From a virus, in IMG/VR virus record IMGVR_UViG_3300028666_000023, positions 129,845-193,844 of that record: a stretch of 64,000 bases of DNA; one strand, given 5' to 3'. Each line of letters opens with the position of its first letter. Positions within the stretch are counted from its first letter, which is position 1. Shown here piece by piece: positions 35,848 to 45,900 of the stretch. A program made the position numbers and the translations under genes. Under the pieces are notes generated by a model. It saw nothing but the letters and a program-made list of their open reading frames with translations. It was not told the DNA's origin and made no database searches.

Positions 35848-36167
35848 CAGAGGACTCCTCGGTTCTCGAGAGCTTCACGCAGCACTTCGCGCGCATAGTC
35901 GCAGGCACGTCGTTGAATTGCCCACGTCTGCGCCTTGCCCTGCAGCGACGCCCCAAAGACGCGCTGCCGGGAGAAGTAGGATTCGAAGGTCTTCGGTTGC
36001 CCGTCCTTCGTCCTGTAGTGGATGACCACCGCGAACTCGCGCAGTCCTTCCTTGGGCACGATCTCCACCTTGTCGGCGGCCGTACCTCGCCTGATGACAT
36101 CGAGCCAGCCCTGCATCTGATCGATGAGGACCTTCATCAGAAGAACATCGCGACCGCTCATGGTCAC
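35847..36167 (-). CDS. Hypothetical protein
   Basis: Coupled to the deaminase gene. Confidence 0.6.
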   Translation of the reverse strand: MTMSGRDVLLMKVLIDQMQGWLDVIRRGTAADKVEIVPKEGLREFAVVIHYRTKDGQPKTFESYFSRQRVFGASLQGKAQTWAIQRRACDYAREVLREALENRGVL

Positions 36168-36244
36168 TCCGTAGCTATGAGAACGCGGGCGTACCCGCGC
36201 GCCACGGCGACCGGTTGCTCGATCGCCGCGGCAACACGGAAACG

Positions 36245-36982
36245 TCAGCTCTGGGATGCGCCGCCTTCGAAGGCCGCCTTCATCTCACCGATCTTCTTGT
36301 CCTGGGCGTGGTCCTCTTCGGTCCAGTTCGAGGTGTCCGTCACACCGTTCGTGTGCTCGGGTTCCGACTCCGGCGGGGTGTCCGTGTCGACCGGCGCCTC
36401 GGCCTTCGTGACGGCCTTTGCCGACACGTTCACGCGGGGGCGCGCGATGCGCTCCTTGCGGGAGATCGCCGGCGTCGAGTTCGCCTGCTCTTCGGGCTTG
36501 TCGGCGATGCTCGAGTTCGCGATGTACTCGAGGGCCGCCGTGTTGAGGATCTCCGCCTCGAGCTTCGAGTCGAGCGGCTGCTTGCCCGCGAACGTCGACA
36601 GCACCTGCGCGGCCGCGTGCTGACGCATGACGCGCGCGTCGGTCGACGGCGCCGCATCGCGCGAGCCTCGGCTCGCCTGCGCGACCGGTTGGCGCTTCGC
36701 CTTGGTCGACTTGTGTGCCGGAGCAGCCTTGGTCTTCGCGGCGACTTTCTTCGCTGCCTTCTTCGGAGCAGCCTTCGCCTTCGGAGCGATCTTCTTGGCG
36801 GCCTTCTTGGGAGCTGCGACGCCGAAGAACTTGTCGATCTCCGCGCGGGCCTTGTCCTTGTCCGCGTTCGACAGGTCTTGCGACTTGCCGACCGCGCGGC
36901 GCGCGCCCGTCGCGTTCTTGTACTTCTTCGCTCGGAGGTTCTGCAGGAAGCTCGGGAGCGTCATCTTCTCGTAGTTGTTCAT
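36245..36982 (-). CDS. Histone H1-like Lys/Ala-rich protein
   Basis: AAPKKAAKKIAPKAKAAPKKAAKKVAAK; SD GGAGAAGG. Confidence 0.75.
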   Translation of the reverse strand: MNNYEKMTLPSFLQNLRAKKYKNATGARRAVGKSQDLSNADKDKARAEIDKFFGVAAPKKAAKKIAPKAKAAPKKAAKKVAAKTKAAPAHKSTKAKRQPVAQASRGSRDAAPSTDARVMRQHAAAQVLSTFAGKQPLDSKLEAEILNTAALEYIANSSIADKPEEQANSTPAISRKERIARPRVNVSAKAVTKAEAPVDTDTPPESEPEHTNGVTDTSNWTEEDHAQDKKIGEMKAAFEGGASQS

Positions 36983-37052
36983 ATCCTTCTCCTGGTTGTG
37001 CTGCTCGCGCCACCAGCGTCGGGGCGCGGCCATGCACGATGTTGAACGAAAA

Positions 37053-37080
37053 GTACTACTACCCGTGTTCTAGTTGTCAA
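37053..37080 (-). promoter_or_regulatory. Sigma-70-type promoter
   Basis: TTGACA-N16-TAGTAC. Confidence 0.55.
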
Positions 37081-37266
37081 CTACAACTTCTCGTACTTCT
37101 GAAGTAGGCGAACAACTCCGAGTAGACCGAAGCCGACGAGTGGCAAAACACCCAGCGTGACGAGCGTCGTGCGCTCAGGGCCAGATTGAAACTCGCAGGA
37201 GATGAGCAGCACGATCGGTGCTGCCATCAAGAAACCAGCTGCAGACTCGCGGAGCAGTTCTCTCAT
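37081..37266 (-). CDS. Small two-TM protein
   Basis: Two hydrophobic segments. Confidence 0.5.
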   Translation of the reverse strand: MRELLRESAAGFLMAAPIVLLISCEFQSGPERTTLVTLGVLPLVGFGLLGVVRLLQKYEKL

Positions 37267-37323
37267 CAACAATCGTATTCCTCGGTTGGCCTAAGGAGTT
37301 GAGGCCGGGATACAATTGCCCGC

Positions 37324-37647
37324 ATGCACAAGTACATCCTGCTCGTTCCACTTCTTCTCGGCTGCCCTCCGCAGCCGACGCCCCCCACCCCCGATGCAGA
37401 CGCGATGACCGCGCCTGACGCTGCTTCCGAAGCTGCGCCCGCTCCGGCGGATGCTTGCGGCCGCGCGGAGCAGAACCTCCTCAAGCTCCAGTGCAAGGAC
37501 CAGCGCGGCATCGTCATCGGTGCGCCGAACCTCCACGGAGTTCCGTGGGCTCAGATCTGCCGAGACAACAAGGCGAACGGCGTCGACATGAAGCCGGAGT
37601 GCCTCGTGACCAAAACCAACTGCGGAGGAGTCGAACAATGTCGCTGA
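37324..37647 (+). CDS. Lipoprotein
   Basis: MHKYILLVPLLLGC lipobox; Pro/Asp/Ala linker; six-Cys domain. Confidence 0.8.
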   Translation: MHKYILLVPLLLGCPPQPTPPTPDADAMTAPDAASEAAPAPADACGRAEQNLLKLQCKDQRGIVIGAPNLHGVPWAQICRDNKANGVDMKPECLVTKTNCGGVEQCR

Positions 37648-38480
37648 GCGAACCGGTCAAGGTCCTTCGGGGTTACCTCCCCGGCAAAACGATGACGCCG
37701 GAGATCCGCGCAGCCGTTGGGCCCGCGCGTCTCTTCGCTGACGTCCACACGAAGTTCGTCGCCAAAGCTGCGCCCCTCGCGCAGGACGGCGTCGACTACG
37801 ACATTCCGTTCGAGCCGCCGGCGTACGACCAGGGCGACATCGGCAGCTGCGTGCTCAACGCGACGTGCGGCGCCTACAACATGGTGCTCGGCGTCGAGCG
37901 CTCGGCGCAGGTCATGCTCTCGCGCCTCTTCTTGTACTGGTTGTGCCGCGAGCAGATGGGCACGCTGGACTCGGACAGCGGCACGTACACGCACCTCGCC
38001 GTCGATCGCGTCGGCAAGATCGGCGTCTGCCAAGAGGCCATGTGGTACTACGACGACTCGATGCTGTACGTGGTCCCGTCGCCGGACTGCTACCCGGCGG
38101 CGAGCGACAACAAGGCGACCGCGTGGTTCCAGATCGTGGACCCGACGGGCGCGGGCCAACCGACGCGTCTCGACCAGCTCGAGGCGGCAGTTCGCTCGAA
38201 CCACCCGGGCATCTTCGGCACGCCGTGCTCGCAGGCCATCATGCAGTACCAAGCGGGCCAGGTGCTGGGGATCCCGGACGCGTCGGGAATCATCGGCGGC
38301 CACTCCATGGTGGTCACCGGCGTCCACTACATCAACGGCAAGCGCGTCTGGCGCATCCGCAACTCGTGGAGCCCGTCGTACGGCGACAACGGCCACCTCC
38401 TCATCGACGACGACTGGATGGGATGGCCGGAGCTCGACGACATCTGGGTGCTGTCGCGCGCCGACGCGCTCATGTTCTAG
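37638..38480 (+). CDS. Papain-like cysteine peptidase (C1 family)
   Basis: YDQGDIGSCVLNA, GGHSM, IRNSWSPSYGDNG catalytic motifs. Confidence 0.9.
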   Translation: MSLSEPVKVLRGYLPGKTMTPEIRAAVGPARLFADVHTKFVAKAAPLAQDGVDYDIPFEPPAYDQGDIGSCVLNATCGAYNMVLGVERSAQVMLSRLFLYWLCREQMGTLDSDSGTYTHLAVDRVGKIGVCQEAMWYYDDSMLYVVPSPDCYPAASDNKATAWFQIVDPTGAGQPTRLDQLEAAVRSNHPGIFGTPCSQAIMQYQAGQVLGIPDASGIIGGHSMVVTGVHYINGKRVWRIRNSWSPSYGDNGHLLIDDDWMGWPELDDIWVLSRADALMF

Positions 38481-38501
38481 TTCCAGCGCCGAAACTGAAA
38501 C

Positions 38502-38541
38502 AGGGCCATTCCTATTCAAGTGGGGATGGCCCTTTTCTTTT
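38502..38541 (+). terminator. Rho-independent terminator
   Basis: AGGGCCAT/ATGGCCCT stem plus T-run. Confidence 0.7.
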
Positions 38542-38557
38542 CTGCTACAACGACTGC

Positions 38558-38998
38558 ATGGCTGGCAAAGTGAGCCGGTTCACGCGCCGTTTCTTCATGA
38601 CGCTCGAGGGAGATGAAGCGTTCCTCCTCGACGTGCTCGTGGGGATGATGAAGCGCGAGCTCAAGAAGAAGCGTGGTGGACTTTCGCAGCCCGAAGTCTT
38701 CGCCGCCGTCCTCAAGGCGTACTGCATGGAACACGCGAACGACATCGCGGAGGAGCTCGTCGATGCATCACAACGGGAGCAGTTCTGGAAAGCCGTTCAA
38801 TCCGGACGAGTCGTATCCAAACTTCCGCGCGCCCATCGCGCCGGAAGTAGTGGCCAAGCCCGACTTCCAGAGATTCCCGACGGTCGAGGAGCTCCTCGAC
38901 ATGAAGAACCCACACCCATTCCTGCGCCTCGCGGAGCCACCTCCCCCGCGTCCGGCATCGTTCGGGCTCCTTCAGGAACTCCTGGGCGGGCGGCTTGA
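38558..38998 (+). CDS. Hypothetical protein, possibly RHH-like
   Basis: TGCTACAAC 6 nt upstream of ATG; MAGKVSRFTRRFFMTL. Confidence 0.55.
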   Translation: MAGKVSRFTRRFFMTLEGDEAFLLDVLVGMMKRELKKKRGGLSQPEVFAAVLKAYCMEHANDIAEELVDASQREQFWKAVQSGRVVSKLPRAHRAGSSGQARLPEIPDGRGAPRHEEPTPIPAPRGATSPASGIVRAPSGTPGRAA

Positions 38999-39299
38999 TG
39001 TTCTCGTGACCGATGCGGCGCTTCATCCCGAGCGCTACGACGCGGACACGAAGGAGCTCCTGGAGGAACTCGGCGACGACATGACGAAGGTGCAGAAGCT
39101 GGACATCACCCAGCAGCACATCTTGAACCGCGCGGTCATCGACTACGCGGCGTGCAAGCCGAAGGGCACGCCCGCCTCTCCGAAGAAGCCGGTGCCGAAG
39201 AAGCCGACGCAGACTGTGCTCGAGAAGATGGAGCACGGCGACGAGGAAGACCCGGGGAAAGAACCCGGCGGCGTGATGTCCAGCTACTGGTGGCTCTAA
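38763..39299 (+). CDS. Hypothetical protein
   Basis: GGAGG upstream; overlaps the previous ORF. Confidence 0.6.
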   Translation: MHHNGSSSGKPFNPDESYPNFRAPIAPEVVAKPDFQRFPTVEELLDMKNPHPFLRLAEPPPPRPASFGLLQELLGGRLDVLVTDAALHPERYDADTKELLEELGDDMTKVQKLDITQQHILNRAVIDYAACKPKGTPASPKKPVPKKPTQTVLEKMEHGDEEDPGKEPGGVMSSYWWL

Positions 39300-39302
39300 A
39301 CT

Positions 39303-39340
39303 AAAAGGCCAGCGCTCCGAAGAACGCTGGCCTTTCTTTT
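39303..39340. terminator. Bidirectional terminator
   Basis: AAAAGGCCAGCG/CGCTGGCCTTT between convergent genes. Confidence 0.75.
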
Positions 39341-39359
39341 GGGTTGTACTGGGACGAGA

Positions 39360-40061
39360 TCAGACTTCGCCGAGGACCAAGATCTTCGTCGGGTCGTACT
39401 CGTAGTACACCGCGTAGTTGTGGCCCGCGTTCGGCGCCGAGTTCGGGATGTACGTGTTGTTCGTCGTGTCGATGACACCGGCGGTCGGCGTCGCGTGATC
39501 GACGTACTCGCGGAAGGGCGGGAGCGACGTCGTCGAGCCCGTGCGGATGAGCGCGTCCAGCTTGAGGCCGAGGACGACGCCCGTGCCAACGATCGTGGTG
39601 CCTGCGGTGCCGGTGCCGCCCGTGAACACGAGCGAGGTGATCGAGCTCCAGGCCTTCACGCCGGTACCGGCGCCTGACGTGAGCGCGATGGTCTCCGTCT
39701 GCGCTTGGCCCGCCGCGTTGAGACCCGTAACCGCACAGGACGTGGGGCAGGTCGCGTCCGCGTTGGACGTGATGACGAGGTTGCGCGCGCCGGTCGCGAA
39801 CGGGTTGAGGACGCCGTTCGCCGCGGTGTACGTCACCGGTCCGTTCGTCGTCGCGACGGAGTGCAGGACGCCGTTCGAGACGGCGGCGATGGGAGCGAAG
39901 AACTCCTCGACGGCGATCGCGACCATCGGGCCGAGGAGGCCTTGGATCGCGCGCCAGAGCTCGCCGAACTCGCCCTTCTGTCCGTGCCCGCCTTGCGCGA
40001 GGTGCTTGTGGATGGGGCCTTGGTTGTTGAAGAGGCCAGAGCCAATCGTCGGTGCGGTCAT
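39360..40061 (-). CDS. Putative virion structural protein
   Basis: Thr/Gly-rich beta composition; end of the structural operon. Confidence 0.6.
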   Translation of the reverse strand: MTAPTIGSGLFNNQGPIHKHLAQGGHGQKGEFGELWRAIQGLLGPMVAIAVEEFFAPIAAVSNGVLHSVATTNGPVTYTAANGVLNPFATGARNLVITSNADATCPTSCAVTGLNAAGQAQTETIALTSGAGTGVKAWSSITSLVFTGGTGTAGTTIVGTGVVLGLKLDALIRTGSTTSLPPFREYVDHATPTAGVIDTTNNTYIPNSAPNAGHNYAVYYEYDPTKILVLGEV

Positions 40062-40085
40062 TGTCGTCGTCTCCTAACGGCGGCG

Positions 40086-40781
40086 TTACTGAGGTACTCC
40101 CCACTGGTTTACCGTCGATGCGGGGGCTTCCGCAAGTCCCCCGCCGCCATAAACGGGAGAGCCTGCACGTTGTCGTCCTAGTTCTCCCGTCGCGGTGTGG
40201 ACTGCCTTGTTGGCGAGCCACCCGGCTCCGAGAGTTCCTCCTACGAGGGCGAGGTTGCCCTTCAAGCCGAGCGGCCCGAGGAGCTTGCTCTTCGCGGCGC
40301 CGAGCAGTCCAGGAGCGGCAGCTGCGGACGTCGCAGCTGCGGGAGCTTTGCTGAGCGCGCCGCCGACTGCACCGACGGCTTTCTGCCCGACGCTCTTGAT
40401 CGCCGGCATGACGCCCGAGAGCATCGAGCCGATGCCCGCTTCTTTCGCGAGCTCGACACCAGAGGCCACTGCGATCGCGGCGAGGCGAACCATGCCCTCG
40501 CTGTAGCCGAGCGGCATGCCTTCCGGCGCGAACATCGGGACGGGCGTGTGGCGGAGCGCGCCCGCGCTCTGGGACATGGCGAGCATCGCAGCCATGCGCT
40601 CGGCGTCGTCGACTGCCTTGTCCTTGTCGTGGATCTTCTTCTCTTGTCGTTGACCCGAAAGGGACATCTCTCCGGCGATGAGCGCAGGAAGGAGCCGCTC
40701 GAGAAGCGACTCGGCCGTCTTCTGCTCGAAGACGTCGCGCGTCCCGTAGTGGCTCATCAAGCGTTCGTTCGGAGTGTTCAT
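40086..40781 (-). CDS. Putative internal virion protein
   Basis: QKTAE and ELAKEAG motifs; Gly/Ala hydrophobic segments. Confidence 0.6.
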   Translation of the reverse strand: MNTPNERLMSHYGTRDVFEQKTAESLLERLLPALIAGEMSLSGQRQEKKIHDKDKAVDDAERMAAMLAMSQSAGALRHTPVPMFAPEGMPLGYSEGMVRLAAIAVASGVELAKEAGIGSMLSGVMPAIKSVGQKAVGAVGGALSKAPAAATSAAAAPGLLGAAKSKLLGPLGLKGNLALVGGTLGAGWLANKAVHTATGELGRQRAGSPVYGGGGLAEAPASTVNQWGVPQ

Positions 40782-41023
40782 TCAGGCTTCGGAGGAGAAG
40801 TACTGTTGCGCCTCGATAGTAACTCACAAACGTCCGAAACCCTAACAACCGTGTTCTTCTGAACGCGCTTGAGGGAGTCGATCGCCGCGGCGACTTTCGG
40901 GTCAACGCCAGGACTCGTGTGTTCTTCTTCCCCGTCGTAGTCGAGGCCTTCGAGCTCGTCGGCCTTCAGGATTGCTTCAGCATCCCCTCGAGCCTTCCGA
41001 GGTGCCTGTTCATTTCCCGCCAT
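40778..41023 (-). CDS. Small hypothetical protein
   Basis: Operon ORF. Confidence 0.5.
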   Translation of the reverse strand: MAGNEQAPRKARGDAEAILKADELEGLDYDGEEEHTSPGVDPKVAAAIDSLKRVQKNTVVRVSDVCELLSRRNSTSPPKPE

Positions 41024-41493
41024 TGTTCCTCCTGACCCTTTACGAATTCTGCGAAGGCTTCGTTCTTGGTGTAGCGCGCACCCTTCTCCCGCAAGCGCTC
41101 GAGGTTCTTTCGGATCTCTGAGAGCTCGCGCCGAAGATCTTCGAGCGGATCAGGGCGACTGCCTCGTTCTGCTGTGATGGCCGCGCGGATGGCTTTGTCT
41201 TCTTCGAGCTCGTTCTTGATGGTGTTGAGCTCGAGGAGCCAACCTGCGTTGTTCGCCTTGTACTGGTCGATGTGCTCCTGCAGCGCAGTGAGATGCGATT
41301 GGTGTGCCTCTTCGAGGGTCTCGAGACGCTCGAGGAGCTCTACACTTTCGCGAGCGTCCTTCTTCGCAGCCAGCAACTGTTTTGCGTCAACGAGTTGCTT
41401 CGCGCGGCGGTACTTCAGCCACGAGCCGAGGAAGCCAGCTCCGCCGCTGCCAAGGACCGTCAGGCCGTGTTCGATGAGGACTCCAACGTCCAA
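40966..41493 (-). CDS. N-terminal TM, coiled-coil protein (possible lysis accessory)
   Basis: GLTVLGSGGAGFLGSWLKYRR then a long coiled coil. Confidence 0.55.
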   Translation of the reverse strand: MDVGVLIEHGLTVLGSGGAGFLGSWLKYRRAKQLVDAKQLLAAKKDARESVELLERLETLEEAHQSHLTALQEHIDQYKANNAGWLLELNTIKNELEEDKAIRAAITAERGSRPDPLEDLRRELSEIRKNLERLREKGARYTKNEAFAEFVKGQEEQWREMNRHLGRLEGMLKQS

Positions 41494-41530
41494 GCTTCAC
41501 CTCGACGCGCAAGCATGACACACGTCTACG

Positions 41531-41923
41531 TCAGCCGGCGATCCAAACCCTGAGCTGACAAGACGCCGTGAAGTCGATGGAGAGCGACGTGATGCCGGCG
41601 GCGGGATTCGGACTCATGAGGATGATGAACCCGCCGGGCGTGAGCTCGATCGGGTGCGTCGAGTCGCCGTTGAAGTGCAGCAGCACGGGCGCGGCACCGG
41701 TCTGCGCGTCGTAGCGCACGGCCACGAGCTTCGCCCCCGGAGAGCCCGTGGTGCCGAACGGCACGACCTCGGTACCGGAGGTGATGAGGTTGAGGAGCTG
41801 CCCCGGCTGCGACGAGATGACGTTCGCCGCCGAGTTGAACGGAACTTGGTCCGGCGACAACGACGGGTCAGCTGGGATGAGCAGCTGCCCGGTGAAGGAG
41901 ATCGGTGTCGGAGTCGCCGTCAT
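41531..41923 (-). CDS. Putative virion structural protein
   Basis: Beta-rich, follows the tail tube gene. Confidence 0.6.
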   Translation of the reverse strand: MTATPTPISFTGQLLIPADPSLSPDQVPFNSAANVISSQPGQLLNLITSGTEVVPFGTTGSPGAKLVAVRYDAQTGAAPVLLHFNGDSTHPIELTPGGFIILMSPNPAAGITSLSIDFTASCQLRVWIAG

Positions 41924-41935
41924 CGCGAGCTCCTA

Positions 41936-42694
41936 TCAGGAGCCGGGGATGCCGGGGAACGTCGCGTTCGCGCCGCCTGCGTTGCCCGACGTCGTGTTGG
42001 AGATGAGGGTGAGGGCTGCGACCGCGACGGGGACCGCGCGCTCGAACTGAACCGCCACCGACTCCTGGATGAGAACGCCCTGCGCGTCGGTCGCCCACGA
42101 GTGGTTCGGCAGGTAGCAGGCCTCGAAGTACACCGCAGCCAGGGTGTCCTGGTTGATGTCGCGGATGTACATCAGCATGCCGATCGGCTGCGCGAACAAG
42201 TCCGAGGCGAGGTTGACGTAGATGTTCTCGTAGCCCGGCGGGATGATGACGTCGTGGGGGTTCGACATCGCCTGCGCGCCCGCGTTCGGGAACATCGCCG
42301 GCACCACCGTCGGCGGGATGAGGTCCTGGTAGTACGCGTACAGAATCCGGAGCAGCGACGCACCGTGGTAGTAGATGCGGCCCAGCCCGAGCTGGCCCAC
42401 CGTACGACCGGCGATGAAGTAGCTGCGCTCCGACCCGATCTCGAAGATGCGGGAGAACTGACGCGTGTGGGAGAGGTTGAAGTTCTGGACGATGCCGACG
42501 GGGAACACGATCTGGTTCGCCGCCTGTCCGTTGCCCGCAACCGCACCAGCCACCGCGGCCGCGCCGCCGATGTTGGCCAGACGAGGCGGCCCCGCCGCGA
42601 GCATCGTGAAGCCCGCGTTCGCGTAACGCCCGTCTACGAGACCAGCCTGGACGTACGAAGTGTACGGGGACCAGTCGCTGAAGTTGCCTGCCAT
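41936..42694 (-). CDS. Tail tube protein
   Basis: VGIVQNFNLSHTRQFSRIFEIGS...YFEACY...ESVAVQFER; downstream of sheath. Confidence 0.75.
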   Translation of the reverse strand: MAGNFSDWSPYTSYVQAGLVDGRYANAGFTMLAAGPPRLANIGGAAAVAGAVAGNGQAANQIVFPVGIVQNFNLSHTRQFSRIFEIGSERSYFIAGRTVGQLGLGRIYYHGASLLRILYAYYQDLIPPTVVPAMFPNAGAQAMSNPHDVIIPPGYENIYVNLASDLFAQPIGMLMYIRDINQDTLAAVYFEACYLPNHSWATDAQGVLIQESVAVQFERAVPVAVAALTLISNTTSGNAGGANATFPGIPGS

Positions 42695-42698
42695 CGTC

Positions 42699-42926
42699 TC
42701 ACTCCTTCACGGGGGCAGTGTAGCTGCCACCCAGGCTCTCGTACATTCTCACAACGTCGTTTGGGCTGATGCTCTCGGCAATCTTGAGCAGCTCGAGATC
42801 TGCACCCGCCAGCTTGTGCAGCGCGATCGCATCGACGCCCGAAAGCTGCGCCAGTCCACCGGAGCGCTCCTGCAGTGAGGAGCGACCGATGGCGTCGGCG
42901 GCGAGCTTGCGGAGATCGATGTCCAT
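42699..42926 (-). CDS. Small protein with three KxA motifs
   Basis: TAATG coupling; MDIDLRKLAA, HKLAG, LKIAE. Confidence 0.6.
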   Translation of the reverse strand: MDIDLRKLAADAIGRSSLQERSGGLAQLSGVDAIALHKLAGADLELLKIAESISPNDVVRMYESLGGSYTAPVKE

Positions 42927-45900
42927 TAGATCGTGAGCGTGAGGCGGATGTAGTTGCAGGGGAAGGGCACGTCGAGAACGACGTCCACGAGAACCGTGTC
43001 CGGCGCGCTCGTGTCCTGGATGATGTTGTTCAGCTGCGCCCCGATGAGCACACCGGACTCCGTGAGGAACCCGAGCAAGCCCTGGATGACGTGGCCGAGC
43101 GAGTCGAGGAAGCCCTGCGTGATGTTGAAGCGGCCGATGAAGTTGCGCAGGCCGCTGCGGAGGAACTTCGCGGTGAAGTCGACGATCTTCGTGATCGAGT
43201 CCGTGCGGGTCTCGATCGACGACATGTCCGTCGTCAGCGCCATGCGCGAGATGAGCGGGGTGCTCGGCGCGTCCTGGACGATGATGTACGTGCCGCCCGC
43301 CGCCATCACGTTCAGCTGCGGGTTCGAGAACGTGTCGTTCGAACCGATGACGCGCGTGAAGCCCGTCATGGGGAAGTTCGTGAACGACTGCTGCGGCGGC
43401 TGGTTCGCAATCATGCCGACGATCGCCGCCGACATGTAGAAGCCGTCGAGGATCTGCTCGATGCCGTTGATGGTCGCAGCGCACTGGTCGGGGAAGACCG
43501 ACCACACGCGGCGGTTCGCGAAGCCCTGCGAGGTCTGCTGCACCGCGAGGGCCTTGCCGTCTTTGTCCGGCGTGCCGTCGACCAAGACGAGCGCGGCGCC
43601 GCGGATGCGGACCGCGAAGGCCTGATCGATGAGCGGCGTCGGAAGGGTCGTCGTCGCGTAGTACGCGTCGTCGTTCTCGCCCGGCAGGAAGCCCGACGTC
43701 TTCAGCGAAACGACGCTGCCGACGACGTTGATGACGTTGTACTTGTTGCCGTCACCGACGTCGAGGTAGATGCCCGCGCTCGTGATGTACGGACCCACGC
43801 CCGAGAGGTTGTGGGCCATGAGCAGCTGGCCGAGGTTCGCGACACCGGTGTCGAACTGGTTCGACGTCGTGTTCGTGTTGCCGTCCGTGCCGCTCGCGAC
43901 GAGGCCGTCGAGCTTGTTCGTCGGCACCGGCTCGTTGATGAGCACGATGCGCTCGCCCTTGTTCTCGGGCGCGCTCATGAACGTGACGTGCGTCGCCAAG
44001 ATCTGGAAGACCGCGTCCTCGTGGGTCATCGGCGCGATGCCGTAGACCTCGTAGCCCTCGAGGAACGTCGCCGCGCGCGTGAACGCGTCGACCGTGCCGA
44101 AGGGCTCGTTGCCGCTCGTCTGGTCGATGCCGAGGCCGGTGACCTGCACGCCCGGCGAGTTCTGCAGCGCGAACCACAGACCGAGACCGAGGGGGTTGTC
44201 CGCGTCGAGCGGTGCGAGCTGCGACTCGAGCGTCGGGATGTCGCTGAAGCGCAGGAGGCCGGGGTTCATCGCGAGCGCCGTCACGTCGAGGCGGACGGCC
44301 TTGTACGCGACGTACATCTGCGCTTGTGCGGGGGACGCGATCGCGGTGCCTTGCGAGTTGCGGATCAAGTCCGGCTTGAGCTGCAGGTTGCCGACGCCAT
44401 CGACGACGAGGTTCGGCGTCGGGCGCGTCACACCGATCGTGGCGCTCTCGATGTTGAGGTTCGCCGCGATGATGTAGTAGGCGCTGCCGACGTTCGAAGA
44501 GATCGGCACCGACTTGTTGATCTTGAGCTGGCTCGTGTTGCCGCCCGGCGCGACCTGCACGATGGTGGCGTACTGGTTGCCGTCCACGTAGAGGACGTCG
44601 CCCGGTGCGGGCACGAACGCCTGGCCGCGCGAGGTGACGCCGGCAGTGAGGAAGAGCTCGGCGAGCGCGGTGCCACCGACGACCTTCACGATCGACTCTT
44701 GGCCGAGGAGCGTGTTCGTGAGGACGAGGTGCGTCGAGCCGTCGATCGTCGCCAAGATCTTGCCGCCCGCGGCCGCGCCGAGGAGTGCGTTGATCTGGGA
44801 GAGGATGGCGCCCGACGAGCTCGCGCTCAGGAAGGAGACCGTCTGCGGACCGTTGTAGCCGTCGTCCACGATGAGCGTGTGCCCATCCGTGACGGACGTG
44901 ATCGCATTCGTGCCCGTCACCTGACCGGAGCCCGGCGACGTCGTGAAGTTCTGACCCGGGAAGCTGAGCAGCGTGGTGAGCGCCGTCCCGTTGCCGCTGT
45001 CGATCGCCGTCACCGCCGCGGTGCCGGTCACCGTCGAGACGGAGAGACCGAGGGTCGCTGCTGCCGAGCCGGAGACCACCGACGCGGTCGCGAGCGCGCT
45101 GAGGAGCAACGTCGCGATCGACAGGTGGTGCGGCGCACCAGAGTCTTCGCTCGCGAACGCGACCTGGCCGATGACTCCGTTGATCTGGTCGATGTAGCCC
45201 TGGAGCGTGATGCTCGGGACGAACGTCGTCGTGAGGTTCGAGCCGCCGTTGAACGCGAGGACGAGCGTCTGCCCGTCGAGCGTGCCGGCGGAGCCGGTGT
45301 GCGCGCCAGCCGACAGACCGAGGTTCGTGTTCGCGGTACCGCTGCCGATGGTGAGCGTTCCCGTGCTCGGCGTGCGGCTCGTGAGGACGAGCTTGTTGCC
45401 GCCGCTGCCGCCTTGGACCGCCGTGATCGTCGGCCACTGCGTCTGAATCGCGGCGAGGAGTGCGGCTTCGCTTGCCGCGTTGCCCGTGCCGACGAGGTTC
45501 AGCGTGGTGAGGCCCGCGCCGTCCACGTTGAGGATGATGGTCTCGCCGTTGAGCGAGCCGCCGCCGCCGTAGAGGCCCGCGTTCGTGATGTCCGCCGTGC
45601 CGGAGAACGTCGCTTCGGTCGCGAGCGTGATCGTCGTGAGGTCGACCGAGCCGTGGAGGATGGCCGCGAGGGCGATGCCGTTCGAGAGGAACGACTGCGT
45701 GCGCAGCACTTCCATCAGCGCGGAGCCGGTCGTGCCTCCGAAGAACAAGAACGCGCGCTCGGTGTCCGTGTCGACTTCGAGCTGCGCGATGTTGTGGTTC
45801 GGGTCCGGGAGGTTGATCTCCGGGATGAGGAGCGCATCCTGCGCGTACGTCGGCTCGCCGACGTACAGCTTGCCCGGTCCGATGCCGAACGCGGCGAGCA

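Noticed and set aside
37266-37300. Eighth copy of the phage promoter (GGAATACG, minus strand)
   Set aside because: Core mismatch and no upstream GCAAA element
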